A stretch of 64,000 nt of DNA from Fistulifera solaris (lineage: Eukaryota), in contig AP026145.1 in assembly GCA_030295235.1 (NCBI GenBank), positions 682,001 to 746,000 of the forward strand. The letters run 5' to 3'. The notes under the pieces were generated by a model. It was not told the DNA's origin, did not search any database, and saw only the letters and a list, made by a program, of their open reading frames with translations. Positions within the stretch are counted from its first letter, which is position 1; each line of letters opens with the position of its first letter. Shown piece after piece: positions 34,953 through 47,394 of the stretch. Both the position numbers and the translations under genes were made by a program.

Positions 34953-35821
34953 GTTGGGGATATCCTGCGCAAATTAGCGTCTGGTAACAACAAAAAATTA
35001 GCATTTGAGTTACTACTGATTGATCAAAACAAGGAGTCCAACAATGAAATTACAAGTCATGATGCTCTTAGTTTTTGGATGGTGGTGACTTTACGAACTG
35101 GATAGAGTCATTTATTTTTCTTAGGTAGATTTGTACGTAGCTTTGAGTACCGAGTTAAAGTGGATCGGTTTTATGGAGTGTGCTTCAAAGAGTAGAACGA
35201 ATCCCCACAGCTATGTCAGTCAAAAACGATGGGTGAAAAAGTGCGAAGCAGCCGCTGCTGACTGGTGTCGACGTTTTGGCAACGAAACAATGCAAGGTCG
35301 AAATTCCAATCATTCGAATGTTTCCAAAAAGTTAGCAATTAATTTTGCTAATTAATTTCTTACCTGAAAATAAAAATCAAATGAAAGGACCACAAAGTCG
35401 CGCGTCTTAATGCGTTTACGGAGTTGTCACGAGCGATTGTGTGAAAACGGCGAACGGCGCATTTGTGAGCCGTTTTGCTCGACGTGACTTTTTTCGCGCG
35501 GTAGTCGCGCGCGGAGTGGTCGTGCTTTTAGTCTGAGCTTTACTCTAGTCGAGCGATAAAGAGGAGAAGCGGTACGACTTTTTATGGTGATCCCGTACCC
35601 TAATGATCAAAGGGAAAAGTATGCACGCAAATAAATAAATGCAAAAAGGTCCGCCGTCATTCATCGTCATCAAAAAGGGAGACAAAAGAAAACTATTGTC
35701 GTTGTCATCCCTTCGTTTCGCATCTCTTTGCCATTTCGGACGCAAAGAGATCTTGGACAGTTTAGCAGTAGAGGCTTCGTAAATCGCTACTGATAGAGAC
35801 AGTATTTCCCGTTGAAGCGAA

Positions 35822-36868
35822 ATGAAGCCGTACTATAGCTTAGCGCTTGTCATCCCTTTAATCGTCACTGGTTTTAACATTCAGCCTTCTCCCAGAGCAA
35901 GAAGTATTTCAAGCTACCCTTTAAAAGCCACTAGTGTCGATGACGAATGTTGGAATCCGAGACTTCGTCGAATTGTCGGCGGAATTGCCGCGGCCGGTAC
36001 ACTCGAAACCGTCTTTCTCACCTATAGCAAACTAACCGAGTCGTCGGCGGCGGAACAACTCTGCAGTATTACCGGCGGTAGCTGCTCCTCCGTGTTAAAT
36101 GGTCCCTATGCTGTTATTCCTGGATCCGAGATACCATTGGCTGCAGTAGGAGTCGTTGCGTATGCCACGGTGGCGACTTTGGCGCTGGGCCCGACCCTGG
36201 CCAATAAAGATGACGACAACAACCGGATTTTATTGACGGCCCTCGCCACAGCGATGGGTGTGTTTTCTGTGTTTTTAATGACTTTACTCTTTGGAGTACT
36301 GAAAGAGTCTTGTGCCTTCTGCGTTGCATCCGCCATCTTTTCCATCTCCATGGCCAAACTATTGTGGTTGGGTGGTTGTCTTCCCGAGGAAAAAGCGAAA
36401 ACGGGTGTTTCGGCCAGCATCAGTAGCGGCTTCGTCGCCTTTGTGGCCGCAATAGTGCTGTTTACGAGCAACATACCACCGACATCGGCCGTCAATTTTG
36501 CCGGTGAGCTCGTCGGTTCGTCCACCAGCCTTGTCGCTGGAGAGTCACCACCCTCCATAACCACCACATCTTCCACACAAGCCATGGTATTAGCCAAGAA
36601 AATGCAAACCATGGATACGCGTTTTTACGGAGCTTTTTGGTGCAGTCACTGCTTTGACCAAAAGCAAGCCATGGGTAAAGAAGCCATGGAAATGATACCC
36701 TACATCGAATGCAGTCGAGACGGAATGAACGCCCAAACCAAGCTGTGCAAGGAAAAAGACGTACCCGGTTACCCAACGTGGGAGATCAACGGGAAGCTAT
36801 ATCCCGGCGAAAAAACATTGGATGAACTGGAGGAGATTGTAAAGAATGCTGCTCTTCTGGCACGGTAG
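35822..36868 (+). CDS. LTO1: Plastid VKOR-thioredoxin fusion thiol-disulfide oxidoreductase (LTO1-like)
   Basis: Signal/transit N-terminus; VKOR CSITGGSCSSVLNGPYA and CAFC; Trx-like YGAFWCSHC...YIECS...GYPTWEING. Confidence 0.93.
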   Translation: MKPYYSLALVIPLIVTGFNIQPSPRARSISSYPLKATSVDDECWNPRLRRIVGGIAAAGTLETVFLTYSKLTESSAAEQLCSITGGSCSSVLNGPYAVIPGSEIPLAAVGVVAYATVATLALGPTLANKDDDNNRILLTALATAMGVFSVFLMTLLFGVLKESCAFCVASAIFSISMAKLLWLGGCLPEEKAKTGVSASISSGFVAFVAAIVLFTSNIPPTSAVNFAGELVGSSTSLVAGESPPSITTTSSTQAMVLAKKMQTMDTRFYGAFWCSHCFDQKQAMGKEAMEMIPYIECSRDGMNAQTKLCKEKDVPGYPTWEINGKLYPGEKTLDELEEIVKNAALLAR

Positions 36869-37000
36869 GCGTGGTTACTAACAATCTCGATCCAACGCTC
36901 GTTCTAATTTTTAAATTAAATGCTAAGAAGTGCATTTTGCGAGATTGCCACGGCGAAAAGCAATTTCGCCGACGGTAGAGAGTTGTAAAATTAAAAAAGA

Positions 37001-38538
37001 TCAATTAGAATCCATGTCTTCCATCACTTCGTCATCGTTCCCTGTGTCCATCGATATTGTTGTAATATTGGAGGGTATGTGGCTATTATTTGCATTCGCT
37101 CTCTCCACTCGATCCAAAAACTCAGCAGCATCAACTCCATGCATCACAATTTGTTCCACGACAGTGTTGTAGGAGTGGCAGTTATTGCATTTGACACCCA
37201 AAAGTGCCACCGCAGATTGGACTCTCGAACTTCACAATCATTACAATATATATTGACAACACGGGCCATATCGGGAGGTACTGGCTGCAGCGAGATACCC
37301 ATGGATATGGCGGACCATGTCGAAGCCATCTGCTCCGGCGTTTCGGCCGTCTTTTTGCACACCGGACATCGACTATCGTACGACGTCAGTTCTTTGAAAC
37401 AGTGCCAGTGAATGGCATGTCCACACGGCATTTCGTGCGATGCGTGTCGACTGCTGAACAAGTCTTCTTGACATATCGGACAATTGGACATGTATTTTCC
37501 CGACTTACAGTTGTGATCATCAAATAAGATTGCGTCAATGCACATTCCGCAATCGTGGCAGTGTCGAAAATTTTCACGACCGCCCACTCGACAAAATCCA
37601 CAATCGCTGCAATGGTACGGGCTATCTTTCTTTGACATCCATAAATTACAGATATTACAGTGATATTCACCAAACTGAACGTGACACACGATGCATTCGT
37701 TGCTTTCGTGTGGCAAACGCGACGGTTAGTTTCTCCAAAATTGCAATCCAACTACAATCGACCGCACTTACGTTTTACTGGATTGCCGGGTAAAGCACTC
37801 CCGACAAATAATTTCCGCAATTTTGAAACGATCAATGGGATGATGATTTTCTTCATCCGTCCCCCCTCCCAAATCGGCCGGCATCGAACGACGGCGCTCT
37901 TGTTGCGCCTTCATTTTATTGGCAAAATGCTCATCCCCTTTCCGCAATTCCATCGGCGGCGGCAATACCGGACAATCGTCGTGACAAATCCGACAACCAA
38001 AGGCCAATCCACAACAAGGACTGACGATGGTACAATTCCGTTCGTAATGTTGACACGGCGGCCGCGACAATTCCATCAATCGCGCGAGATACGCCGGATG
38101 GAGATCGGCATTGTTGGTCGCATTCGCGGCGGCCACCACACGATCATGGTCGTTCCAGTCTTGCAACGAATACGAGCGACCGTGGATTTGTCGATACGAC
38201 CGTAGTGGCAGACTGGCGTGCGTGATTTCACTGGCGACGGAGCGGTGGTCGTCGGGAAAGACATCGCCGTATCCGTAGCTGGCATCATCCGTTCGCTCAT
38301 TCAGCATCATGGCGTCTCCGGAATCATCGGAATAATAGGAAGAAACTCCGGTGGAAGCAATGGAAGAGCCGATTGAAGAGCGTCGTCGCCCATCCATCAA
38401 CGCCTGAATGGATCTATTTTTCTCCTGCTGACTGAGATTCGGATCTCTCATGATACTTTTAATTTGTTTACGACGTTCATCTTGTTCCTCCGCCGACATA
38501 CTCCGACTGGTAGTGGAATGGTTGTCATCGTTCTGCAT
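37001..38538 (-). CDS. RING and CHY zinc-finger E3 ligase (RCHY1/Pirh2-like); one intron, frameshift at 37200-37203
   Basis: CQHYERNC...CRICHD (CHY), CTCHY Cys clusters and RING CPIC...PCGHAIHWHC...CPVC. The zinc-ribbon end WHFLGVKCNNCHSYNT is restored by adding one T. Confidence 0.92.
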
Positions 38539-39254
38539 GTTAATGCGTAGATTGTTTGAATGGGAGATTTTGTATTATGCGGCACCGATTGCCGATTGTG
38601 TCTCTTGTGAAAAGACGGAGTACGTCAAATAATCGACTTGGATCTTTCCTCAGGTCGAACAACGAGGGATCTTTCACTCCTCCGCTAGTTCACGTTCAAC
38701 GTCGTTACGAAGGATGAAGACACTGTAAAAGGAGAGGTTGATACGATGGTTGTCAATGGGATTGAGGGCAACAAAACAACATGGTCAAAACACGAAGTTG
38801 CCACCAAAATGGGTGCACGCGTCGCGATCTATGAACCGGACGGACGAATGTCGGTGACCATGCATGTGACGTGTGACGCGACAAAGAAGTCCAGCTACAT
38901 CCAATCAAATCCATTTCTACCAGAAGCCTATTTCAAAGTCCTGACGATAAAGTAAGAGGAACAGTCTTTGTGTTCTCTGTATAGTATACTCCACTTTACT
39001 ATTTTGTATTCTGTACACACGTGAATTTTGCCGAAGGCCACTCGTCCCGTACATTTTCTACGTGCCTTATGTAGAAGCGGGCTCGTGACTTTTTCGCGGA
39101 AAAACACGGAAGAACCTTAGCCCTTTCGTAGTTCCATTCGAGCAACAAAAATGCATCGCATGCAGAGAACGAAAAATATCGTTCGACTACCCCGTATTTA
39201 CAATAATTAAAAGTTCCAGCTTTCTTGAGGAGTCGCCAGGAATGCACTTAAAGG

Positions 39255-40571
39255 ATGGAAAATAAGGAGGAAGGACCGAATCATCCCGACAAAGAGGCCA
39301 GCGCGATCGATACTGATGGCGCGACGGAAGAACCCAACGAAGATAACACTGCAACAAAATCCAAACGCCCACTTTACAAGCGCAAAGTCTTGAAAAGTTA
39401 CATCACGTTGACACTGGCATCCTTCATCAATTACGATTCGGCTCAAAAATCCTCCAATGTCTTTGGCTCGGGCGGAGTCCCCAGTACGGTCGAGCAACGT
39501 CGGTATGCGGTGGCCGTGTCCATTGTCAGCTTTGTTTTGGCGACGACGACCGTCGTGGGACATTTGGACCGCTTCTTGTTCGAAAAATTTTGGCGCGAGA
39601 AAATTTTTCCCGTGGGCAGTCGCATCGAATTGGCCATCCTGTTGTTCTTGGTGGCATGGTGGTCGGTCGGGACCGGTTTGCAAACGTCCGTGACGGGGAT
39701 CGCCGGCGATTCGAAAGGACAATATTCGTTCTACTTTTCGACGTGGGCGTGTCTGTTGTCGTGTTTCTTTGCGTTGGATGCCTGGCTCCAAGAATCGGCC
39801 GACGAAGGCGTGAAAGCCTTCGTGACCAGTTGGCCCAATCGCGCACCGGCGTGGATTTGTATTGCCGTCTTGAGTTTATCCACACTGGTGTGGTACATTG
39901 ATTTGTGGAGGAATCATGAGAATTTGGATCGTGACGAGGAAGAATTCATACAAGGTACGTAGCAAGGACGATGGAGGATCGTGTCATGCGAATCCATATC
40001 GACTGATTTTGGCTTTTCCTCCTACGTATAGTTTACTTCGAAGCCATCCGAGAAGGTAGGTAAAACATCGTCGATACAGCGTAAGTTGACAATCAAACTA
40101 ACATACGTGAGCATATCGAAAGGCATATGGTATTGGCTGATCATCATAGCAACCTTTACGCTTTTGTCTTCCGTCGGCTTTGTGATTATGGAAATCTTTA
40201 GGGCGACCAAAGATGAGAAGACACGTCAACAGAGCGGTGTCAACGCCATCGAAGGCTCCTGCTTTATCTTCTTGGCAATGGCGTGGATTCCGACCGTGAT
40301 GGTCGCAACAACACCTGGCGGACCCGCCAGTTTGATTGGCAACGCCTACTTTTCGACGTGGCTGTTGGTGATTTTTGTTTTTGAATTCATTCACGACATG
40401 CGTCAGCGGATTCACAAGTCATTGAAAGAGAAGCAAGCGGAATATCGCACGAAGCAACAACAAATTTTGGAGGAAACGAGGAAAATAAGAGACAAAACCA
40501 ACGCGTCCGACACGTCCGGGAAACGGGAGCGCAGCAACACGGAATATTTTGATGCGGTGGATGCTTTCTAG
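39255..40571 (+). CDS. Multi-pass membrane protein of unknown function; exons 39255-39954, 40032-40055, 40123-40571
   Basis: Multiple TM helices with the repeated motif YFSTW. Two GT-AG introns keep the reading frame. Confidence 0.75.
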
Positions 40572-40703
40572 TTTCATGATGGATGGTGATCCTATACTGG
40601 TAAATTCTTTATTTTTTGTTGATCAGTTTTAACAGTTGATAGCTTTGACAAACCTTTTGAATTTACAACTAATAATACTACACATGAAATGCTTCGATTG
40701 CAT

Positions 40704-42605
40704 TTAGAAGTCAGAACCATCTGTGATTGCGCTTATCTCGTCACCAAGAACTTTGTCATCCGAATGATTCGCAACGCCATTATTGTTTGATGGCGAAGCT
40801 CTGTCTTTGTTCTTCCCTTTACTGACCTCAATTCCTACCTCATCATTCTGGTAAATCGAGTTCAGTGTGACATCTCGGGCATGATCTATTACCCCCAGAC
40901 GTTCGCGTTGCATTCGATCGTCCCTGCCCTCATGACGTTCCGATTCACTATGTCTCATTTCTCGTTGTGCTTCCTCCATCCGAAAGAAGCCGTCTTGCTT
41001 TGATGTTTGACGATGTCGGGCGTCAAATGTGTAAACACGTTCATCTTCACTCGGTTCGCGATGCCTCTGGAAACGAATTGGTTGTTCTTCCTCAATGAAG
41101 CTTTCGGCTAGCATCTGTTCACCTCGATTGAGTGCTATGTCGATCTTTGTTCTGATCTTCGAAGAAAAATCAGAGAATTCACCTTCTCGATGCCGCGCTG
41201 CTTCTCCATTGCTTTGCTCGTGATCGAGCAAGCGATTGAGAAGATCAAGACGAACTGTTCTCGCGGAATGTATCTCCTCTTGTTGCTGCAAAACGATATC
41301 TTGCAGCTGGGCATGTTCTTCGCCAACGTAGACCAACACTTCATGAATCTCACTGGCGTGTTCTTTCAGCTGTACGTATTTGTCATATGTCAATTCATAC
41401 TTTTGACGAACTTGCTGTAGTTGTGTATGCAAACTGGTAACTTCGTTTTCCAGTGTGTCTCGCATAACACGGTCTTTTCGATCTTGCGATGTCAACAGCG
41501 CTCGTAGCTCGGCTATTTCGTTGTTACATTTATTTAGCAGTTCTTCTCGTTCTTCTTGAGCTTCCAAAACATACTGATCTAATGCCTTGGCATTACGTTC
41601 CTCCAAAGCAGCTATTCGTTCCTCGTATTTCTCTTTTACGTGTTGTATCTCGCTCTCAATCAATCTCTCACAATCAGCTTTCATTTCAGCCCTCATAACT
41701 GCAATTCTACCTTCGTGTTCGGCTTCCAAGCGTTGAATATGGTGATCATGATGGAGAGCAGAACCGGTATGCTGTGAGGAATCGACGGTCGTTCGTGTCC
41801 CCACCGGGCTATCCGTCTTCACAATACTTGTAGTATTCACGGAGCCAGCCACCATGGCATTCGCATACAGCTTCATCACTTTTACAGAAAACTTGGAGTC
41901 GCGGGCATGTTCTAATGGTATACGATCCCTCTTGTCTTTGATATGAACTGCTTTTGGGTATTGTGTCAGTAGCATCTCCAACAATTCTTCGTCGTCTTGC
42001 TTATGACGAAATGCGAGATGTAGGGGCAACATGCCCTGATCATCTCTCCGAGACGTAGCGGAATGGTATTTTTCCAAAAGCGTCGAGACAATAAAGTTAG
42101 GAGATTGAAAGATAATTGCAGCGTGAAGAGGTAAAAGTTTCCATCGAACTTTCAGACTACGATCCTTCCGCACGATCCATGTTCGAACCTCCTCGGGATG
42201 AGAACGGCAACGAGCGCGTGCTTTTTCCCAATTGGACGATTCCAGCAATTCATACAACGTTGTAGCTCCCTTATCATAATCGCATGTTGTCTCCCCGTGA
42301 ATCTCCTCAAAATACGAGCCATCGCCATCTTTGTCGATTGTTTTCGGTGGCGTTGCACGTGGGCTTCCCCGAGTAAGAGGCCTGGCAGCTACACCTGTTG
42401 GTATTCTCGAAGAGGGCGAGCTTGAATATCGTGTCCTCGATGTCGGAATGGATGTCTGTCGCTGATCGGCCATACTTTGCAACTTGCTTGAATAGTTTTG
42501 ACCCGAAGTGCGGATTGGAATGTGAATCGAATTCAGCCGATCCATAGAAGATGTCAATCGCTCGATGGAGGGCGAAGGCACCGTACGATCGAGACGAGCC
42601 ACCAT
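40704..42605 (-). CDS. Ankyrin-like repeat plus coiled-coil protein
   Basis: LLPLHAAI, DDQGMLPLHLAF and DKRDRIPLEHA, followed by a long heptad-rich region. The start is uncertain (ORF open to 42653). Confidence 0.8.
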   Translation of the reverse strand: MVARLDRTVPSPSIERLTSSMDRLNSIHIPIRTSGQNYSSKLQSMADQRQTSIPTSRTRYSSSPSSRIPTGVAARPLTRGSPRATPPKTIDKDGDGSYFEEIHGETTCDYDKGATTLYELLESSNWEKARARCRSHPEEVRTWIVRKDRSLKVRWKLLPLHAAIIFQSPNFIVSTLLEKYHSATSRRDDQGMLPLHLAFRHKQDDEELLEMLLTQYPKAVHIKDKRDRIPLEHARDSKFSVKVMKLYANAMVAGSVNTTSIVKTDSPVGTRTTVDSSQHTGSALHHDHHIQRLEAEHEGRIAVMRAEMKADCERLIESEIQHVKEKYEERIAALEERNAKALDQYVLEAQEEREELLNKCNNEIAELRALLTSQDRKDRVMRDTLENEVTSLHTQLQQVRQKYELTYDKYVQLKEHASEIHEVLVYVGEEHAQLQDIVLQQQEEIHSARTVRLDLLNRLLDHEQSNGEAARHREGEFSDFSSKIRTKIDIALNRGEQMLAESFIEEEQPIRFQRHREPSEDERVYTFDARHRQTSKQDGFFRMEEAQREMRHSESERHEGRDDRMQRERLGVIDHARDVTLNSIYQNDEVGIEVSKGKNKDRASPSNNNGVANHSDDKVLGDEISAITDGSDF

Positions 42606-43232
42606 GATAGATTGGGTACGATCCTGTGGAGTGGAAGACCGAGTATACGTCAAACAGCTTTATTGCTATGTTTCAAAGGTAATCCGGTGTCGTAGATCAC
42701 AAAGTTTCAAATTTTCTTTGAGAAGCGATGGAGAGCGATCGCCCTTTCTTACACTTTGGCGGCGCAAAAATTCGCCAGAATTCTTGAAGTGAGAACCGCA
42801 TCTACTTTTCAGTGTGGAGAATAAAATCTGTTAGGAGATTTCCTGTTTAATAGCAAAAGCGCGGCGCGCGACAGATAAGATTATCTAAAAACCGTCATCG
42901 AATTTCTTCGCACAAAAGTGAGGTCACAAGCGCCGACCGCGCTAAAGACTATGTGAAACATATACTGTAGTCTTTAGGACCGCGCATCCGACTGTAACAC
43001 GAGATATACGCAGTATTCAACAACTTGAGTTGCGATACGACAGTTAAGCCTACAAAAGTGATACTGTGTATTACGGACACAAAAGTTTGCCGCCGACTTC
43101 GACTTTTGCACAAAGATCCACGCAACATTCACAAGAAGGATCATTGTCACAATGCTGCAAAAAGAAATCAGCTCTAGCTGACCCTCTTCTACTCGTAAAG
43201 ATCTCTTTTGCATACCATTTGTACTCGCAACA

Positions 43233-44180
43233 ATGACTGAAATTGATAAATACATTGCAGCGGGCGGAGAAGATCCTGCTACAAAGAAACCCCGGATGGA
43301 CAATGTCGTCGTTTCTCCCGCCGCAGTAGATGACGACACGCTATTGAAAGGAAACGGCGAGGAACTTACGGCCTCACAGCAAGACGATCCTCCTTCTACA
43401 GAACCAGATTTTGAAGAGATTGCCACGCAGATGCGCCAGTCTTCGGTAGATACGAAGGATCTGGAAACGTACGAAAAAGGGTCGACCATGCACCGCGAAG
43501 CTGTGAAACGTTTAGCCTTGGAATTCAGTCAGTTCGAAAAGGGCTTGGAGAATAATGTGGAAAATTATGATTTGCAGGAGGTAGCACGCAAGTACGATCA
43601 AATTTGCGGAGACAATGACAAACAAGAACAAAAGATTCGCACTTGTTTTATGCAGAATCATGCGAAGCGTATGAAGTTGCATGCGATCCTGCAAACATGC
43701 GATCTCGGCTGGAAACAATGCTCGGAAATGATGTTCCATCGAATCAATGGTCAGGTTGCGGAAGATTCAGCAACCGATCCTCTGTTGCTAGAAGAGGAAT
43801 GCAAGGAGACTGACCCAGTCGTGGACACTGCACAGGAACCCGATTGGGAAGCTTTGAAAGAATACGAACCGTCGCGGGTGGACATTGAGTTCTTTCTTGC
43901 CGGACGCCAGCGTTTGCAACTTGCCCAGGAACGCTTCTGTCAAGCCTACGAGGAGGTGCAGCGAAGTTTGATCTCCATCAACGATGAAGTCACAAAAGTT
44001 TTAGTGACTTCCATCGATTCACTCGACGTGCCTATGAATCAAATGGAGAATCAGTTGCAATACCTACTCGCCGATAACTTCGTTCGTCGTCAAACCATGG
44101 AAAAGAAAATTCAAGAAGCCGCCCAGATGCAACAAGGAATGTTTCAAACGCTCATGTGTCGAGTGTCGATGAAAGATTAA
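43233..44180 (+). CDS. Hypothetical helical protein with internal duplication
   Basis: 315-aa ATG ORF with two similar units beginning EPDFEE and EPDWEA. Confidence 0.75.
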   Translation: MTEIDKYIAAGGEDPATKKPRMDNVVVSPAAVDDDTLLKGNGEELTASQQDDPPSTEPDFEEIATQMRQSSVDTKDLETYEKGSTMHREAVKRLALEFSQFEKGLENNVENYDLQEVARKYDQICGDNDKQEQKIRTCFMQNHAKRMKLHAILQTCDLGWKQCSEMMFHRINGQVAEDSATDPLLLEEECKETDPVVDTAQEPDWEALKEYEPSRVDIEFFLAGRQRLQLAQERFCQAYEEVQRSLISINDEVTKVLVTSIDSLDVPMNQMENQLQYLLADNFVRRQTMEKKIQEAAQMQQGMFQTLMCRVSMKD

Positions 44181-44273
44181 TGGTTTACCTAGCGCCCCAT
44201 GTTGGCAGCTTATCATGGTGTACACCGAAAATGTTTGTAGTGCTATTTTTACAGAGTCTACTTGTCTATTTAA

Positions 44274-46910
44274 TTATGCCACCCTTTCAACTTTTGCGAG
44301 ACGGTCCACCGTCCGCTTGATTGCCCGTTGCGTGAGCTCATTTATTATATCATCAAATCGGGCTCTTTCTGTGGGACTTAGACTTTTCAATGCGTCGGCA
44401 AACTCTGTCTTTTTACCCGAGGATGAACGACCTCTGCGAATAGTATTTAAACTGTTTTGAACAAATTGGATCACGGGTTCTGCCGTTTCGGGGCTCACAA
44501 GATTGTTAGTTCCGAGAATACCGTTTCGGAGTGCATCAAGTACAATATTGACCGAGTCTACGCTCAAAACTCTCTTTCCTTTGAATAGATCTCCTATTTC
44601 GTCTCCCAAGAATTCTCCAGCGGCTTCCGCCAGTCCAATTGCAAAGATTTCCTCTTTCTGATCCAATTTTGGGGCTGCATAATCAACAAAATTGTTGATA
44701 GAAAGTACAGCAAGAGACGGTCGTTGACTCCCATCGGCGGCCGGCAACAGAATGGGCAGCGGTATTTCTTCCAACTTGGGTGGCGCCGGGAAAATATCCC
44801 CCAAAAACGGAATGCTGGGTGGCCGAGGAGGGGACAAAGTGATGACAGCCTCAGTGACTGCCCTTCGAAAGATCTGACGACTTAATACATCCACGACATT
44901 GTCCATCTCTTTTCCAATAGCGCACGTAAGGTGTCCGCCTGGTCTGATAGCACGAACTTAAGTCCATCCGAAACACTGATCCCATCATCAGGGACGGCAT
45001 CCAAGTCAACAAAGGCAGCCCCTTCCTGTGTTTTCACCACCCCCGCCGCGTTATTCAATAATGCCAACAACCTGGTGAGTTTCAACCCGTTACTACTGTC
45101 ATCAGTGGAATACAGCACTTCCTGCAGTGCTTTTTGAATTTCGGGCCGCCCTCCTTTCATCAATTTTCGGGCAATGAACGGATATGACTCCATGATGATT
45201 CCATATTCATCATTTCCAGTGAGTGCAACACCTTCCAACGTCACAATAGCACGGCCAAGAATCGCGAAATAGGGCGGAATCGAAAAAGGGACTTGTTCCA
45301 ACACGGTCAAGGCATCCTGCGTCATGGCCTGGAACCCACCCACCTGAGCTTGCATAGAAGATCCTTCGTCCATACCGTATATTTTTCTCACTTCACTTTC
45401 GTATTTCTTGGCACCTCCCCCCATAACATACGGGGTCAACGCTTTGTCCATCAATGGAATGACGGTGGCGCGGGCCGTGTCGGGAGGCAAAATGCCCAGC
45501 AAAATAAAGTCATCCACCAGTGACGCATAATCCTTGTTGGCTAAATGGATGACGGCCGAAATCATGTGATCGCGGTCCTCCTCGTTAATACTTGCCATTA
45601 ATCCACAATCAATCAACGCCAATGTCGCTCCTTCTGCTGTGGGCTCGTCGAGTAACAGTAAATTTCCCGGATGTCTGTACGACAAACGAAAAAAAACGTG
45701 AGAAAGATCCAACGCCGATGCATACAAACACAACACACAATTGGACGACGTACGGATCCGCATGAAAGAACCCCACTTCAAACAATTGCGTCAAGAAGGC
45801 TTCTTGGGCGGCCGGGGTGACGGCCGCGATTTCTTCGGGACTGGCTGCACTCAACTTTTTCCCTTGCATCCATTCGGACACCAGGATGCGTCGGGTACAC
45901 AATTCATCATACACACGGGGAACGGTGACTTGCGTAATGTTGTTTTCCAGCAGTGCCTCCCGCAAACGAAGTTGATTGCGGGCTTCATTTTGAAAATCCA
46001 ATTCGGTATAAAATCCAATCGCCCATTCATTGAGCAGGGCCACATAATCGGTTCGTTGTTGCGGAGCAAATCGTCGAATCAAATCATTAAAAACTTCCGC
46101 CGCGCGTCGCAAGACGTACAAATCTTTCGACACGGTCGATAACACTTGCGGTCGTTGGACTTTGACGGCCACCGGGGTGCCATCCAGTAAGGTGGCCAAA
46201 TACACTTGCGCGAGACTCGCGGCCGCGACGGGTTCTTCCGAAATACTGGAAAAGAATTGTCCCAACGGTCCACCGAGTTCGTGTTCAATCTGTTGAACCG
46301 CCGTGGCCGTATCAAAGGGCACGACGCCATCTTGTAACTTTTGCAATTCGTCCAAGGTCGCGGGTGGCAACACATCGGGTCGGACACTCATCATTTGTCC
46401 CGCTTTGATAAAGGTCGGACCCAAGTCTTGTAAATCCAAACGGGCTTGTTTCGAGAGCGCCGGAATTTCGGCTTCTTTGATTTCGCCGTCTCTTATTAGT
46501 AAAGTCACGATTTTGGTGAAGAACGGGACGGCTTTCCCGACAAATTGTCCCCACCGTTGATTGAGCGCGCCCCGTTCTTTCTTCCAATACGCTTCAATCA
46601 ATTGTTTGTCGTATTGCAACGGCAATCCTTCGTCATCGACTTCACTCGCTTCGCTAGAAAGGGCAATGTACGATTTGGTGACATCGGGGGCTTCCAAGGT
46701 TTTCATGGCCACGGCGGCATTGACGGCGGCGGTCGCCATGGCGGCGGCTCCGACGACCCCCGAATTCGTCAATCGTGTGCCCAAATCGGCCGTGTCTTTG
46801 GTCGTCGTCGATGATAGGCGGGTCGTTGTTCGAGGCGGAAGAATAGCGGTCGAGAAACTCGTGACCGACCATGGTAGGAGGAAAAGAAGAGGGATTGTTG
46901 AGTATTTCAT
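44274..46910 (-). CDS. ABC1/UbiB atypical kinase, plastid-targeted; one intron, frameshift at 44910-44913
   Basis: Signal peptide MKYSTIPLLFLL..VTSF; LGPTFIKAGQ, AAASLAQVY, VAVKVQRP, FFHADP|HPGN and LIDCG. Confidence 0.93.
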
Positions 46911-47394
46911 GGTGTGAATTGTGTGGCGCTTTTCTTTTGTTGAGACTCTAATTTTATGAGACACCTTTGAAAAGCTTTAGAATACGAATGAAACAGACAA
47001 GGTGCAAAATGAGAATCTGTTTTCTCGCAACAGCGCAGAAAAAGGAGGACGAAAAAGTGGCTTGTTGGAGTTTCATGCGTGGCAGCTGACGTTGAGAACA
47101 CGGTTTGTGACCTCTTGTCGTTGCGGTATTTTATTGCATAGTATAATTTAAAATATCTACAACTCGTTGTCATACTGCTGTATAGATACTTAGAGTCCGT
47201 CGGAACAGTATTTGCTATTATGAACCCCTGTACCGCTACGAGAAATTTAAGGCGGGTGGATGACGAAAAAGTGAAGCCATCGAGATTTTGATCTCATTCA
47301 TTTCCATGAGGAATGTTGCAATCTTCTCTTTTGTCTAAAAAGCAAAAGAATTGGTCTCAGGTACAATATCTATCTAGGCCTTATAGTCAAAACA

